NCBI GenBank assembly: GCA_046563655.1
Contig: CM102286.1
Coordinates: forward strand, 6,076,001-6,140,000
Source of the DNA: Yuukianura sp. NJ FZ-2021
Taxonomy: Eukaryota
Length of the DNA: 64,000 bases
Direction: 5' to 3'
Shown here in pieces: positions 1 to 12,966 of this stretch (its first letter is position 1; every line of letters starts with the position of its first letter). Made by a program: the position numbers and the translations under genes. The notes beneath the pieces are model-generated. The model was not told the DNA's origin, searched no databases, and was given only the letters and a program-made list of their open reading frames with translations.

Positions 1-841
1 ACCGCCCAATATCCACGTTCCGTTCAAACTATTCTAAAGGAATGTATTTTCCATTTTAATCCTACATCGATTGTTTTCAAAGCATAATCCAACGTTACTT
101 TGGTACAACTCAGGGGTCATTATTTTGACTGACCTTTTTATTATTTCAAAGCTCCAGTTTCTAAGGTGTTGTAAAAGCTCAACAAAAAGTGAGTATTGGT
201 TTGACATTTTCATTAGGTTATCATGTGTCGATAATTATCGGAAGACGTGATTCGATACCGGGATTCCCTACAAATGTGCGCCTTCGAAATACGACCGATA
301 AAAGCTTAAGAATAACAGTACGTACGTTTGATATTCCTGTTATTAGCTTCGGGAATTTCCCGGGAATTCGGGAAATTCCCGATTCCCGGGAATTGGCAAA
401 GTATATCGGGAATGAGACCCTTACTATTGGCGCCAGCAACTTATTAAAATTTCATCCAAATCCCTAGTTGATATGCTGCACGGAAATGTTCGTTTGACTC
501 GTAGAAATTGAAGAAAATGTAACAGAAACAAAAGTTGTATTTGGTCTCCGTGCCCTTTTTTGCTTCTGCAACAAGAGTTTTATTTGGTCCCCGCTGGAGT
601 GCAGACATTTGTCACAAAAGTTGTATTTGGTCTCCAATGGACTTAAAAAATTGCAACTTTTGTTATATTTGGTACTCAAGAGGTTATTACCAACAACTCA
701 CGAACTTTACAACTCTCAAATTTATCATTTTTAGCAGTCCTTGCTCTACTTGTAGCTCGAGAACACGATTGCATGCTCAGAACCATACTCAGTTTGAGTA
801 CATAAAAAACATTGAACAGAAATTTCCAAATTTTCTACAGG

Positions 842-3328
842 ATGGATTTCAAGATTTTATGTCTTTTAGTTCACGTCGCACAAGGTTTGTTTGCAGCCGA
901 GGCGAATGTGGTTCTAGATTTAAACTTCTACATCAGTAAGTACAGGGATTGCAGAGTTGTTTTGTGGTATTACTCAAGCAACGAATGGGACATGCACAAA
1001 AGCATTCAACCAATCAGCGATCCCGTTTACATCAAAACAGGATACCATCGCAATTCAGCACTGAAGTTACGTGACATTTCAAGAATGAAACTTCCGTTTT
1101 GCAGCGTATTTTTCTTTATGACTGTATACATTAGACCTCAAAATTTTGAAGATATGCTGTGGTGGTTGGAGGACGCAAACGGAGGTGTCTCAAATGAAAT
1201 GGTGGCGTTTATTGCCTTTACGATGTACAAACAACAATCGTTTCAAAATTGTTCTTTCAAAAGTGAACAATACGAAACGTTTAAAGATGGTAGGCAGTAT
1301 CTCGCTAAACTGGCTGAGTCTTCTGTGTTGATGATTGATGATTGGTCTGAAGTGCTACGTGAAACATTTGGTGCTAACACTAGCATCACGCTCAGGGCAA
1401 AGGTCAACGCATTTTTACTCGGAAAGGCACCGCCCAAAACTCGCCTTTTCAAAATTCCACTCGTTTGCCGCCTAATTTCAGCAGAAAAATGCTTTACACG
1501 ACAAAAATTGAAAATGCACCTTGTGGTTTATGAAGACCGATTTACACCAGAACTTCTTGCTTACATGTCTACGGGCGCTGGTTCATGCAACTCCGCTGAC
1601 GAAAATTTGTTTAACATCACAGATTCCATTGCGAATAAATTCTACGGTCCACAGTCCAACGTTCCTATGACAACCAAAGACCAGTTTGGGAAGAGACGCC
1701 ACGCAAAATTTGGCACCATTTGGGCGTTTTTCGCTTATATGGAAATATTATCAGTCTCAACTAGTTGCATCCAATATCATCCGAAGCCACACATTAAAGT
1801 TAGTGAAGAATCTTTTTTCAAAAAACATTTAGTCAAACACTTTGTTCGTAACAGTCATTTCATGTACAAAAACATTCAAATGTTTATGCCTTCTCAATAT
1901 GCGGCTTTTCGGTATGAGGTTGCATATATGCATAACACAACCGCAGCAGTTATTATCCTCGACACGACAGAAATGGTATTTTCCACTTGCGACGGCATGT
2001 CAAGTTCACTTGGATTTGCAATTTACCTCACACCAATGGACAGCATGAGCTGGATGTTCCTAGTCGCCATGACAACCGTCATCGTCCCATTTGCTTTCAC
2101 AGGAATAGCCATGTTCCGGAAATTACGCGGTAAAATAATAGTGAAACTATTTTTGAATTCCTTCGTTACATCGCTCTCCGCCATTCTTGAAATTTCTGCC
2201 GGCCTCACGGACAAATTTGTAGAAACCTTGAACCTCGTGCCCTACTATCGCTTGGTATTTGGTTCATTTGTGCTGGTATTGGTAGTAATTGTGAATGGAT
2301 ACAAAGGATTTTTCACTGCCGGTATTTTGGCCCCACCAAAAGCCACCCACCGGTGGGACCGCGTCGATCAGCTCGAAGGATTTCTTATAATTGATCCGAG
2401 TGGATACCTTGGTTTCCTCCAGTGCCGTAAAATGATTTCTACTCTTGACTGTTTACCGATAGAATGCAAATGCACAGCCATGGGTTACGACCTCGACGAA
2501 TATTTGAACGTAACGTTCAACAAGAGTCGAGCAATAATGACAGAACATTGCAAATTATGCGAAAAATACGAAGAAGATTTTGCTTTTGTGCGAAAACATG
2601 ATACCATGATATCTGCTCTAAGCTGTGAAGATGGAACTTATCCGACATGGTTAGAAAAGATGTGGTGGTTTTCTTTGCCTTTAGCAGAAATCGCTTCAGA
2701 TTCGTCGTTACAAAAATCAAAATTTGTTGTTAATAACAAAGGGCAATTTTTCTCTGATAGTATCAGTGGATTGAACTCAAGTGGAATTGCTAAAATTTTG
2801 GAACAGTGTGATCGCACCATTTTGATCGACTATGTCGAAGCCGTGAATTACTTTGTAGCCGAATTACTTTTCAAAAAATTGGAAGCAGGGAATAGCGAAG
2901 AAGGCCTACAGGAATTTCCGATTTCAAAACAAAAAGTTATAGAAACTTGGGTTCCAATTATTTTTAAGATATTCCCTAAACATTTAGAATTTCCGCAGGA
3001 CAAAATAATACAGAGGATGCACCAACTCGTTGAATATGGAATTTTTGAAATCTGGCGGAGAAATGATCAGGAGGAAAGAGCAAAGAATTTAGAAAAATAC
3101 AAACAGGCTATAGCGAAGTATCGAAAGTTGCCGCACAAATTGACTTTGAATTTAAACCTGGCGACGGCAATGATTTTATGGGCAATATGTGTGCTACCTT
3201 CAGGAATTATTTTCCTGATAGAAACTTGGGAAAAGATTGTTAGTCAGGTTATAACTGAAGTTAAAAAAATTAACATTAGAAGAGGGTCAATCAAACACGG
3301 AATGACACTTTCCGCACTTTTGATGTAG
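842..3328 (+). CDS. Intronless divergent ionotropic receptor (IR/iGluR-like) chemoreceptor, 828 aa
   Basis: First ATG at 842 opens a signal-peptide-like stretch (MDFKILCLLVHVAQGLFAA). Channel-like segments follow: M1 (TPMDSMSWMFLVAM), pore-like SLSAILEIS, M3 (RLVFGSFVLVLVVIVNGYKGFFTAGILAPP, equivalent to SYTANL), late S2 (RMHQLVEYGIFEIW) and M4 (LATAMILWAICVLPSGIIFLIE). Single-exon structure is typical of divergent IRs. Confidence 0.8.
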   Translation: MDFKILCLLVHVAQGLFAAEANVVLDLNFYISKYRDCRVVLWYYSSNEWDMHKSIQPISDPVYIKTGYHRNSALKLRDISRMKLPFCSVFFFMTVYIRPQNFEDMLWWLEDANGGVSNEMVAFIAFTMYKQQSFQNCSFKSEQYETFKDGRQYLAKLAESSVLMIDDWSEVLRETFGANTSITLRAKVNAFLLGKAPPKTRLFKIPLVCRLISAEKCFTRQKLKMHLVVYEDRFTPELLAYMSTGAGSCNSADENLFNITDSIANKFYGPQSNVPMTTKDQFGKRRHAKFGTIWAFFAYMEILSVSTSCIQYHPKPHIKVSEESFFKKHLVKHFVRNSHFMYKNIQMFMPSQYAAFRYEVAYMHNTTAAVIILDTTEMVFSTCDGMSSSLGFAIYLTPMDSMSWMFLVAMTTVIVPFAFTGIAMFRKLRGKIIVKLFLNSFVTSLSAILEISAGLTDKFVETLNLVPYYRLVFGSFVLVLVVIVNGYKGFFTAGILAPPKATHRWDRVDQLEGFLIIDPSGYLGFLQCRKMISTLDCLPIECKCTAMGYDLDEYLNVTFNKSRAIMTEHCKLCEKYEEDFAFVRKHDTMISALSCEDGTYPTWLEKMWWFSLPLAEIASDSSLQKSKFVVNNKGQFFSDSISGLNSSGIAKILEQCDRTILIDYVEAVNYFVAELLFKKLEAGNSEEGLQEFPISKQKVIETWVPIIFKIFPKHLEFPQDKIIQRMHQLVEYGIFEIWRRNDQEERAKNLEKYKQAIAKYRKLPHKLTLNLNLATAMILWAICVLPSGIIFLIETWEKIVSQVITEVKKINIRRGSIKHGMTLSALLM

Positions 3329-3827
3329 AAACAAAGCAACATTTTAGCACTATGACTAAAATTTTCTGCACAGTGGCAATTAAAACTACACTGTTTTTTT
3401 CGGAAAAGTATATTTGTATTAGTGAACTTTAAACTTAGCGCGAGAGAATCTTCTTTTGCCACTAGATTTAGTTGTAATTTATTCTACTTAATTATTAAAA
3501 CGAATTTGTGTCAATCTTTTTGTAATAAAATTTGTTTTTAGTTGCGTGCATCGCGATACTTTGAGTTCAACATTTATCCAAAAATCTAATATGATATGCT
3601 TTTTTTGAAAAACAACAACTTTTTAAATATTGCTTCCGTTATTACAATTTTTTAAGGAATCGAAAATTGTATAATTAATATCAACACCTCACGAACTCCT
3701 CTGCAATTCATCATTTTTGGTTGTCCGTGCTTTACCTGAAATTCAAAAACGCGTTTGCCAGCTAAACTCCTCAGTCAAGTTGGGTACAATAAAAACATTA
3801 AACGGAGATTTACGAATATTCTACAGA

Positions 3828-4100
3828 ATGGATTTCAAATTTCTCTGCATCTTAGCTCACATGACACTAGGTTGCTTAGCAACTGAGTCAATGGAGGTTC
3901 AAAATTTAAACTTCTACATAAGTAAGTACATAGACTGCAGAGTTATACTGTTGTTGAACTCAACCAACCAATGGGAAACTAGCATCCAACCAATCAGCGA
4001 TTCCGTTTACATCAACACAGGAAACTACAGACACCCAGCACCAAAGTGGCGGGACCTTTCAAAAATGAAACTTCCGTTTTGCACCGTAGTTTTCTTATAA
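3828..4100 (+). pseudogene. Truncated tandem paralog of the IR gene, N-terminal 90 aa only
   Basis: MDFKFLCILAH...NLNFYISKYIDCRV...SIQPISDSVYINTG...SKMKLPFC aligns with the first ~90 residues of the 842 protein. About 50 nt upstream are also similar. Homology ends at the TAA at 4098-4100. Confidence 0.8.
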
Positions 4101-7100
4101 GTAATTTCTTATTAATAAGTTATTCAACAATGTTGAAACAACATTGTTGTACTTTTCCCTCGAAAACTTGATTGTACTAGCTGGAACAGCGTACCTTCGT
4201 GAAGTCTTAACCGAAACTAAAATCCGACGAAACTAATAACCTAAATTAAAGTTCTGGCCACATAATTTTAAAAAAGTTAATATTTGGTACTATTAAGTAA
4301 ATTTTATGAACGGTAAAATGAAATTCAAGAAAATTTATAAGGTGAACAAGAGTTCAGCAGCAACGAAATGAAATTACAAATGCAATTTATAAAAGTGTTA
4401 GATTTAGAGTAATCAGACAAAATTTCTCTGTTTGGATTAAATTTTATTATTTCGACCATAACTTGCATCCGGAGGAAATATCCAATTATTTTAAAAAAAT
4501 GAGAATTTCTCCATACCTAAATAATTTTACTAATGACGGATTGACCAATTTTGAAAAAAAAATCGTCCTTTCTAAGTATGTTTATAAAAAAAAAAAGCTT
4601 TAAAGAAGCTTCTTCCTTAAGCATTAAACAAGTTGAAAATTTACAGAGCTGTAGACGATTAAAAAAAAAGTCAGATTGCACGGAGTACCTTGATTAATAT
4701 TGAAGTGGAAGTATGTACAATTCTCTAAAAAAGATTTTTTTTTCTTGAAAACCTCAGATCGTTGAATGAAATGAATGCGCCGCAGCTGCACTTGGAATTG
4801 GTGCAGTACAGTTCACAAGTGATGCGTTTGCGACAAGTCCGAATTATATGTCGGGTGGATAGTAGTTGAATGTTACTTGTGTCACAAGACCATCGGATTT
4901 TTAGAACAATTTTTCAGTTCTGTGTCTTGACAATCAGCGGGACCTTTCTGGAGCTTCTGAAGCCAAGTTTGACCTCCCCTTTTTTCTTTTTCTCTTTCCC
5001 TGACATGAATTCTAATTTATTTTCTCCAGCGTTCACTCTTTTACGACGATGGAGCTGCCATGGAATGAATACCACTTCCGCTTTCTTTTTTGCCAAAATT
5101 CCACTACGTTCTTTGAACAATAAAATTGCATTGCTTCACCGCTTTAAAGTTAGGAAGGAAGTTGTTAAAACAGTTCAAAAACTGTAATGCAAATATTATA
5201 TTGAATGCTACAATTCCATCAATCAACACCAGTCGCCAACTCACACGCAAAATTATCAGTGTAAAATCTCCATTTGAAATGGAGACGTGTGGATTTTGAA
5301 GGCAATTTTTTCTGCATTATATTTTTCACTCGCTGTTTATATTTTGGTTTGTGTGTTTCTTAATCATTTCCTTGTTGTGTCGAATGCGTAAATGAAAAAT
5401 CTCACCCAAATTTTTGTCACACGGGTTGCCACTCTGGAGTGTTAACTCAACTGTATCTTCTTGCGATTAGATAAAGTAGGTGTTCAGTTTGGTACAAAAG
5501 CGCTAAGAATATTTGCGTGGCGGTTCTTGTAGGGGAATTCACCAAACCGGAACCTTGGCAAGGAGCTGACACAAAAGAAAGCGCGGCAATCGGATTCTGG
5601 GTTTGATCTGCAAAGATCTTTATCTCTAGTGCACCATATTTCACCATACTCGAACATCCTGCGTGTGAACGTTTCAAAAGCTTGTAGCAGACACTTTTCC
5701 TATGTAGTTATCACAATTCTTTCAATACATCGACACAAGGACCAACCACTTTGAACTCGATTCAAGCAACTTTTCATTACAAAAACCAAAAACACTCACC
5801 ACTTCAACCTCCACCTTGCGGGATTTCAAATACTTAAAAAACATTTTGTTGTCATGCTTGGGCAGGTTGTGTTTAAGAATTACTTCAAATAATCGATATT
5901 CATTTGGCGACTTTATCCAGAGAAAAAATTCATCAGTTTCATTCAAAACCCAAAATGATTCAGTCAACAGTAAAAAAAATTTCCAGCGTTCAGTATTTTT
6001 TTTTCCTTTTGATGGAAAAGTTGCAAACTGTCATATTTTTTGGTTTAGTGTGGGAAATGGCAACATTTTTAAAACCGAAGTTGGTGGTTCGGTGGGAGCA
6101 ACTTATCCATAAAGTTTTCTGATATATTGGTGTCTCTATAAAAAGTGCTTTTAATAACCCATCATTCCCATCCTTCTTCGAGTTCTCTAAAAGTTATCTA
6201 TTTTTAACTTTGTCTTCTTTTCTCCGCTGCTGTTACCGACTTCTTAGTTCCCATCTCGATCTTTTTACAACAAATTTTTATCAGAGTTGATTGCAAAGTT
6301 TTTGGCTCTGGTCGCTTTCCTTAGAGAAAGTCCGGAGTTTTGTTCCGCCTCTTCCCGTTGTCGACTCCTATATCATGTGTAATGGCAGAAGAGGCTCTTA
6401 AGTAGCTCCTAACCTAATGTAATGCAGGCTAATGTGTTGAGTGGTGAAATGGGAACCGGAAAGGCATAAGATACCCTTATTCCATTTTCTAGACTTGGAC
6501 TTAACCGAACCAAACCTAAGACGCTGCTACAACTTCCCAAGAAGAATGAACGTAAGACCTAAAAGCAACCGAGAAAGCCGATATAGGCCTTCGCTCTTCC
6601 CATTTCATCTTTCTCTTTAAAAAAACGGGTTTTTTACTTCATTTGGTGAGGTCACTGCACTGGACAAGGATTAAATTACTATTATAACATGACCGTAACT
6701 ACTCAAAAGCAATATTTCGGAGTGTGAATTTTGTTACGTTCGTATTATGCTATTGTTGAGAAGCAGCAGTGCATTTCCAAATTCCTACTACGGTTGTGCC
6801 ATGAATGCAGAAAACTTTTCCAGTATAAAACAGCATGGTAGGGGAAGATTGAACCAGAAAATGGAGCAAATTGAACATGGTTTTGAACAAAAGGAATTAC
6901 AGAGTAGAAGATGCTTCCGGAATTTTCTACAACATTAGCTGAGTCATAGCGTGGTACAGCTAGTCAGAAAAAGTAAAAGCGGAGGGTGAAAGGCCTTTTG
7001 TTCCTGCTCTGCTCAGCGCATAATTCTCAATTCTCACCGTACAACCGAAAGTTACGATGAGCACTTTTAATATAAAAACAAAAGAGGTGTTGATTTATAT

Positions 7101-7368
7101 GCTGAAACGAGGGACTTGTGCTGGCGTTGGTTATGATTAATGTCAAAATTTTCATTTTCTGAGTTGAAGACTGCTAGGGTTCTCATCATGTTTGCAATTA
7201 AAGAAAAAAATCTGCGACATTTCTATGAATATGTTTCCAGTTGCATTTACTTCTTTGAAAGTTACAGCAAAATATTAATAAGAAATAGTTGGCTAATGGT
7301 TGATCGGAAGTATTCCGAAGAAGGCGTTAATTTCTTATGGGATAGGGATAAGCCGATTGTGAGTAATT

Positions 7369-7883
7369 AGACTAATTCGGATTTGGGATTTGGACTGGGC
7401 TTGTGGACTCTGCTACAAGCTACAAGCTACAATCCACGAGTCCAGACAAAACAGTTTCGGTTTTTCTAGATGGTGGACTGTGGACGGTAGAAATAATTTT
7501 GAATTTTTTTAACAAGTATTACATATAATATGACATATTTGAATAATATAACGGAGATTATTTAATTCATCATATCGTTCAAAAATGTTATTGGAACAAT
7601 AGCGGTTGAATTAATTCCTATTGTAAACAAAATTACCATTTTTTTACCAAAAGTTATCGAATTACTATTGTTAGTAATTATTTATTGTTGCAAACCAAAA
7701 TTGACCACAGCATTCCTCAGCTTTTTTGAAAATCAAAAGCGGGAATGAGATTTCCACCGTCCAGTCCCTGAAAGAGACGTGTTTCAAAAAAATGAGGAAA
7801 AGACTCTCTCAGGGACTGTAGGGACGGTAGCTACCGTCCACCGTACAGTCCACCGTCCCAGTCTCTGAAATCCGAATTAGTCC
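7369..7883. mobile_element. MITE with 15-bp TIRs, possibly PIF/Harbinger-like
   Basis: GACTAATTCGGATTT (7370-7384) is inverted at 7868-7882. ATT flanks both sides (7366-7368, 7884-7886). Subterminal GGACTG/GTGGACGGTAG repeats occur in both orientations. Confidence 0.65.
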
Positions 7884-8891
7884 ATTACTAGAACACTAAA
7901 TACTTTACTTGGGACAAATTTTTTGTACAGTGTCCATTTGGAATGCATTAATTTGTATGTGCATTAATGCGTTTAGTGAATTACATTATGCAATCAACTC
8001 AGTCATTTTGCAAACGTTCACAACTATGGACAATACTTTAGAAAAGAATAGAAGCCTCAGAACAAACCTACATAACATGTCAGTGTTGATCAATCTCGAA
8101 GCAGTTAAAAGCGTTGAAATATTATAAGAAATGAGAGTTACAATGTAATACGCTATTATGGCACTTCCTTTACAAAAATTTGGTGTATTATTGTGATGAA
8201 AAGAAGTCAGCGACATCCAAGTTCACGTAAAATTACATATTAGCGTCCCAACTTTTTTGTAAAAATAAGCCCTTTTGATTGCAATATTATTATGTGCACA
8301 ATTTTGACCGGCAAATTTTGGGTTATAGTGGTTACACAATTCCAAATTCCAAGTTACACGAATATGCCTAAAATTATCATTGAACTCCACCTTCAAAATT
8401 TCAATTTCCAATTTAAAGTTAATTTACGATTTCCTTTCGTAAAAGTCAATTTTACTGAAAGCTGAAAATATAATTTTGAAAAATATATGAAAATACTAAC
8501 GTAAGAAGATGCGCATGTTATTCATCATGATGTTCGAGCAGTTTCAAATAACTATTTGGTTGCCATAATTTTGTTCTATTTTTTCAAAATAATTCTATGC
8601 TTCCTCCGGATGCAATTTAAAGTCAAAAATACTAAAATTTGCTTAAAACAGACAAATCCTTTCGGATACATCTAACCTAACACTTTTGGAGACATTAGAA
8701 ATTGGAAACATCGTCAACATGTAATTTCTGATAATGTCATTTTCCCGAAACATCTTCACAAAAACACGTTATTCAAGTAAATAACACAAATTTGACTTAG
8801 GCTATCATCTTGTCTGAATTTTAGTTTCTTTTAAAAAGTTGGGCAACTACGCTGTCCAAGGCACATTTCAACTTTAAACAAGAGGTACAAA

Positions 8892-10369
8892 ATGCTGTCC
8901 AAAGCAACGTGGGATTATGCTTTGAAGACGATAAACCTAGGATTCAAATGGAAAATATATTCCTTCAGGATAGTGCTGACGAAAAGTGGTTACAAAGTGA
9001 TCACTGCCGAAAACTTGTTTGTTATTAAGTTGTTCCTGGCGCTGACTCTAATTTTCAATGTACTAGCGATTGAATTGCACGCATATGCAGCATTATTCTA
9101 TAAAGACGATGCACAAATATCCGTTATGGCCGTTGCGCTTTCTTTTCTTTCCGCCTTATGGTGTGGATTTCAAATATGGTACTGCCTATATATGAAAGAA
9201 GTATCCTCAGCAATTTCGTCCATGTTGCGATTTCATGATCAACTCCGTAAGTAAAACATTAACCATTACGTCAAATACAAGAGTTCGAAGAGTGTGGGTA
9301 TCATCAAATTGTGATTTCTTTTTTGCTTCGCTTCAAAATATCATAAAAAATTGTCAAATTGCTTTTGACATTTCTTGTTTACTATATTACAATTTTGTAA
9401 TTTACAGACAAGCTCTATGGCGTGCCTCTGCATTCGCCTAAAGGAGATGAATTCGAGGCATTGTTCAAATTCATGTATTTGGCGTATCATTTTTCACAAA
9501 TGTTTGGTACTCCTGCAATGGTGGTATTCTTTACGTTCACTGATAACAAAGTTACCAATGCCACCTACTTTTTCATTGCTCATATTTTAAAATCTTCTAC
9601 TGGAGCTGAGAATATTAACAACTATGTCTTGACATCAGCGGTTTCCTTGCTGGCATTTGCTGTATGCTTATGCACAGTCTATGCAGCATCCATACTCTAC
9701 CTTTATGCCAACCTGTTACTCATGTACGTTAATTCGTCACGTCACTGGATAAAACACTTAAGGTATGGAAGCATTTTCTAGATAAATATCGTAATAATGT
9801 TTGAAAAACGTTTCTTTTTGAAATGATTATAAGCTATGTTTCATAAGAAAAGTGAGAATATAAAAAAGCTTGGAATACTTTGTGTTTGCAGTGAATGCGT
9901 TAACATCGCAGACTCACCACGGCGACCGGTTAATGAAACTGTATTCACAGCCCATCAAGTCTTGAACGCCTTCGTGAACGACATCTTTGCAAATATTACA
10001 GAATTTGCTGTCTACTTTTCCGAGGGTGCTCTAATCTTAGGCATCTACTCGGTCATAAAATTGGGGGGTAAACAATACATTGCGCTTCAACAATTGACAG
10101 CCCTTGGCCTTTTGCTTTGTTCCGTTGGACTTAAAGCAATAATAAATTTGGCAGTACTCTGTTCTACCAATTCCATTGAATGTTGCAGAGCTGGTCAATT
10201 TCAAATTCACAACCAAATGGGCTACACTCGAAGATTCTGGAAGTCAAAAAGGCGACTTGTTATCCGCGTTGGAGAACAATTCGTTTTAGACACTAACGAG
10301 TTTGTTCTAACAGTATTTGGTGTAGTTATTACTGACAATGTTACTACACTGCTTTTTGCATTTCGATAA
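8892..10369 (+). CDS. Gustatory-receptor-like 7TM chemoreceptor, 3 exons, 395 aa
   Basis: Exons 8892-9246, 9408-9762 and 9892-10369 have GT-AG boundaries and consistent phases (1188 nt). Multiple hydrophobic helices; C-terminus RRFWKSKRRLVIRVGEQFVL...VITDNVTTLLF fits the IL3-TM7 pattern of the arthropod chemoreceptor superfamily. Confidence 0.7.
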
Positions 10370-10494
10370 GTCAAACTGAGTGATTGGCGCTTTTTCATAA
10401 GAAAATTCCGTTCCTCTGTCCACTTTCAAAATATTAAATGCTGCGTAATATAAAATATGTAATAATAATAAACTTCTTGCAAAGACGATGTAAA

Positions 10495-11474
10495 TAAGTA
10501 TCGTCAGATCAGTTATAGAAAGTTCCCGCGCAGGATATTGTTGACTAGACCTCTGATATGGTTAGAGGTCACTTGAGGTCAAAGAACATTTGGAATTTTA
10601 GTCCTCGCGTCGTCAAACATCCATCCCCGGAAACCATTTCCGCATCGGTCCATTCGTTTTCGAATTGTAGAAAAAAACGAGGACCGTGAGCCTTGACCCT
10701 GTTAGAGGTCACTCGAGGTGATCAAAATCGGATCCCCGCAAACCGCTTCCGAGTCTGTCCATCCGTTTCCGTATTGTAAAGAAAGCATAACCTTGACCTT
10801 TGGCACTATTGTGCAGACAGGCAGACGGACAGGCGGACAGACAGCCAGACTCGGGAGAAAACATAAAGTAGGTCATGCTTCCCCGACTAGGACGAGGGAC
10901 GCCATTTTCAACTTCTATCGTCTGTATCTCTGGAAACGTAGATCAAAGCTCAAGGTCATCTTTAAAAAAGTTGTTCAGCACAATGGGATACACAACTTTT
11001 GTAGAGGCAATTTTTTCGATTTCCGTCAATAGAGTACTTGACCTTGACCTTTGGCCCGGACCTGGACAACTTCCGGTCAAGCTGGACAATGATTATACAC
11101 CCCTGGTACATGTGAACCGCAACCTCGAAGACAGATTGAAAATCGATCCAGTGGTTCTGGAGTTATAGACGCGAATTGCATGAGGCTCGCCATAATGCAA
11201 CTTCTAAGGCCTATATCTCCAGAGCCCTGGGTCAGAGGTCAAGGTCACCTATACAAAAGTTGTTCGACTCGATGAGACGGATAACTTTTATAAGGGTGAC
11301 TTTCCCGATTTCCGTCAAAAATGTATTTGACCTTGACCTTTGACCCAAACCTGGACAACTTCCGGTCAAGCTGGACACCGGTTAATCATCCCTGGACCAT
11401 GCGTAGTTGATCTGTGAAGACAGATTGAAAATCGGTCCAGCGGTTCCAGAGATATTGTAGCTAGTATACAGCCG

Positions 11475-11509
<35 letters not shown>

Positions 11510-11550
11510 GGACGGACATTACGATCCCTATAAGTATCTGATGATACTTA
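10495..11550 (-). mobile_element. DINE-1/HINE-like non-autonomous element (Helentron-associated type)
   Basis: 15-bp inverted ends: TAAGTATCGTCAGAT (10495-10509) vs ATCTGATGATACTTA (11536-11550), 14/15 match. The right end overlaps the palindrome TAAGTATC-TGAT-GATACTTA and is adjacent to a (GTCY)n microsatellite (~11474-11518). Internal degenerate tandem units have a ~289-bp period (CTGGACAACTTCCGGTCAAGCTGGACA at 11062 and 11351), plus GTTAGAGGTCACT at 10561 and 10701. Confidence 0.65.
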
Positions 11551-12966
11551 ATAATTTGGCAGCTGGATTAGTTTGACAGATTTATACAGTATTGTATAAT
11601 ATTTGCGTTTGTACTGTTTATGTTTTAATTAATTCCAATTTAATAATTAATTACAAAAGATTAATGTGTTTAAAATGTATGCTTTCCTACACAGCAATAT
11701 ATCGCACGAATAACTAACTGTTCCTCCAAGGTAAGCAAATGTAGCTTGACTTAGCATTTACTAAAATCTTGCATACCTTATTGCAGTGCTTAAGTAAATA
11801 ACATAGCTTACACTACTCTGCTTACCCCTTTTGTGTTTACCTAATTTCTTCTTACCTTCGTATTCATATCTAATAGTATCGTGCTTTGTAATTTACAAAA
11901 TTGAAGGCCTGCAATAGCTTAACCTTAAAATTTTGCTGAAGTAAGACATTATTTTCAAGCTGTTCTACTCATAGTTTTCGTACGCTTTGAAAAACACATA
12001 ACATGGCATCTCGTGGTGAGTAATAGTTAATGGAATGACACCTTGTAAACTTAAATTCAAAACTATTCTTGAATCCACAATCCTGTCACGATAACGTGTC
12101 ATGTCTTGGCATAAAATGTACGAGAACTTTATCATTCGAGTTGTCCAGAATCTGAAATGTAGTCGTAAGAAGAAGATGGAAGTCTTTGGGTCGTTTTACC
12201 TTTCCATTTGAAGCTTCTAATTTTATCTGAGATTTTACTTAAGAGGTGCATTTGAAAACCTTTTCGAAAGTGCTGGTCCAAGGCAAACATCGAGCTTAAG
12301 GAGAAAGTCTGCGGAATTCTAAAGAAAGAGCTAAAATAAGTCTTGCAGTAATAATAGGCTGATGATCTTGTTCATTCAGAAAAAAATAGAGTTTTCCCAT
12401 GACGGTTCAGATTTTACACTTGAGTTAGACACACGAAATCGTTGATCGCAGCAGTCCTGCCACGTGTATTTCTACCTGTAGAGAACACGATATTTATATT
12501 GTATATTAATCCATTCCCTAATTTTTTTAATTTTAAGAATGCGAATCACTGAATATGTGTTCATTTTCAACACCTATTCAGTGCTTTGCGCTTTTTTCCA
12601 ATTGCAACACAATAAATTATGGAATAGATTAATATACAATATAATTTATTTGCTTGTCTCAAATTGCATTTTATAAATGCATCTTTAAAGCACTACGAGA
12701 TATACTTGAGGCTAAAATTTCATGCCAATCCACATAGTTGTTATTGGAAAACAGTCCTCTGGCAATTGGCATTAGCAGTAATGGGTATATACATTTTAAC
12801 ACGTAACTAAGTAGTGAATTCTGCTTACCTCTTGCAAGAAGCAGGATTTTTTGTTAATTTTTTTTATTTAACATTTTTTTGCTTATTATTGAATAAAATA
12901 TTATTATTTTTCTTTCAATATTAAAGTGTCTCAGAATCAACCAAAGATTATGAATTAACCAACTTA

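Noticed and set aside
812..841. ORF-track start at TTG 812 (also TTG 3717 and 20337)
   Set aside because: Non-ATG starts from a prokaryote-style caller. The ATGs at 842 and 3828 precede the signal peptides, and 20337 is internal to the pol frame.
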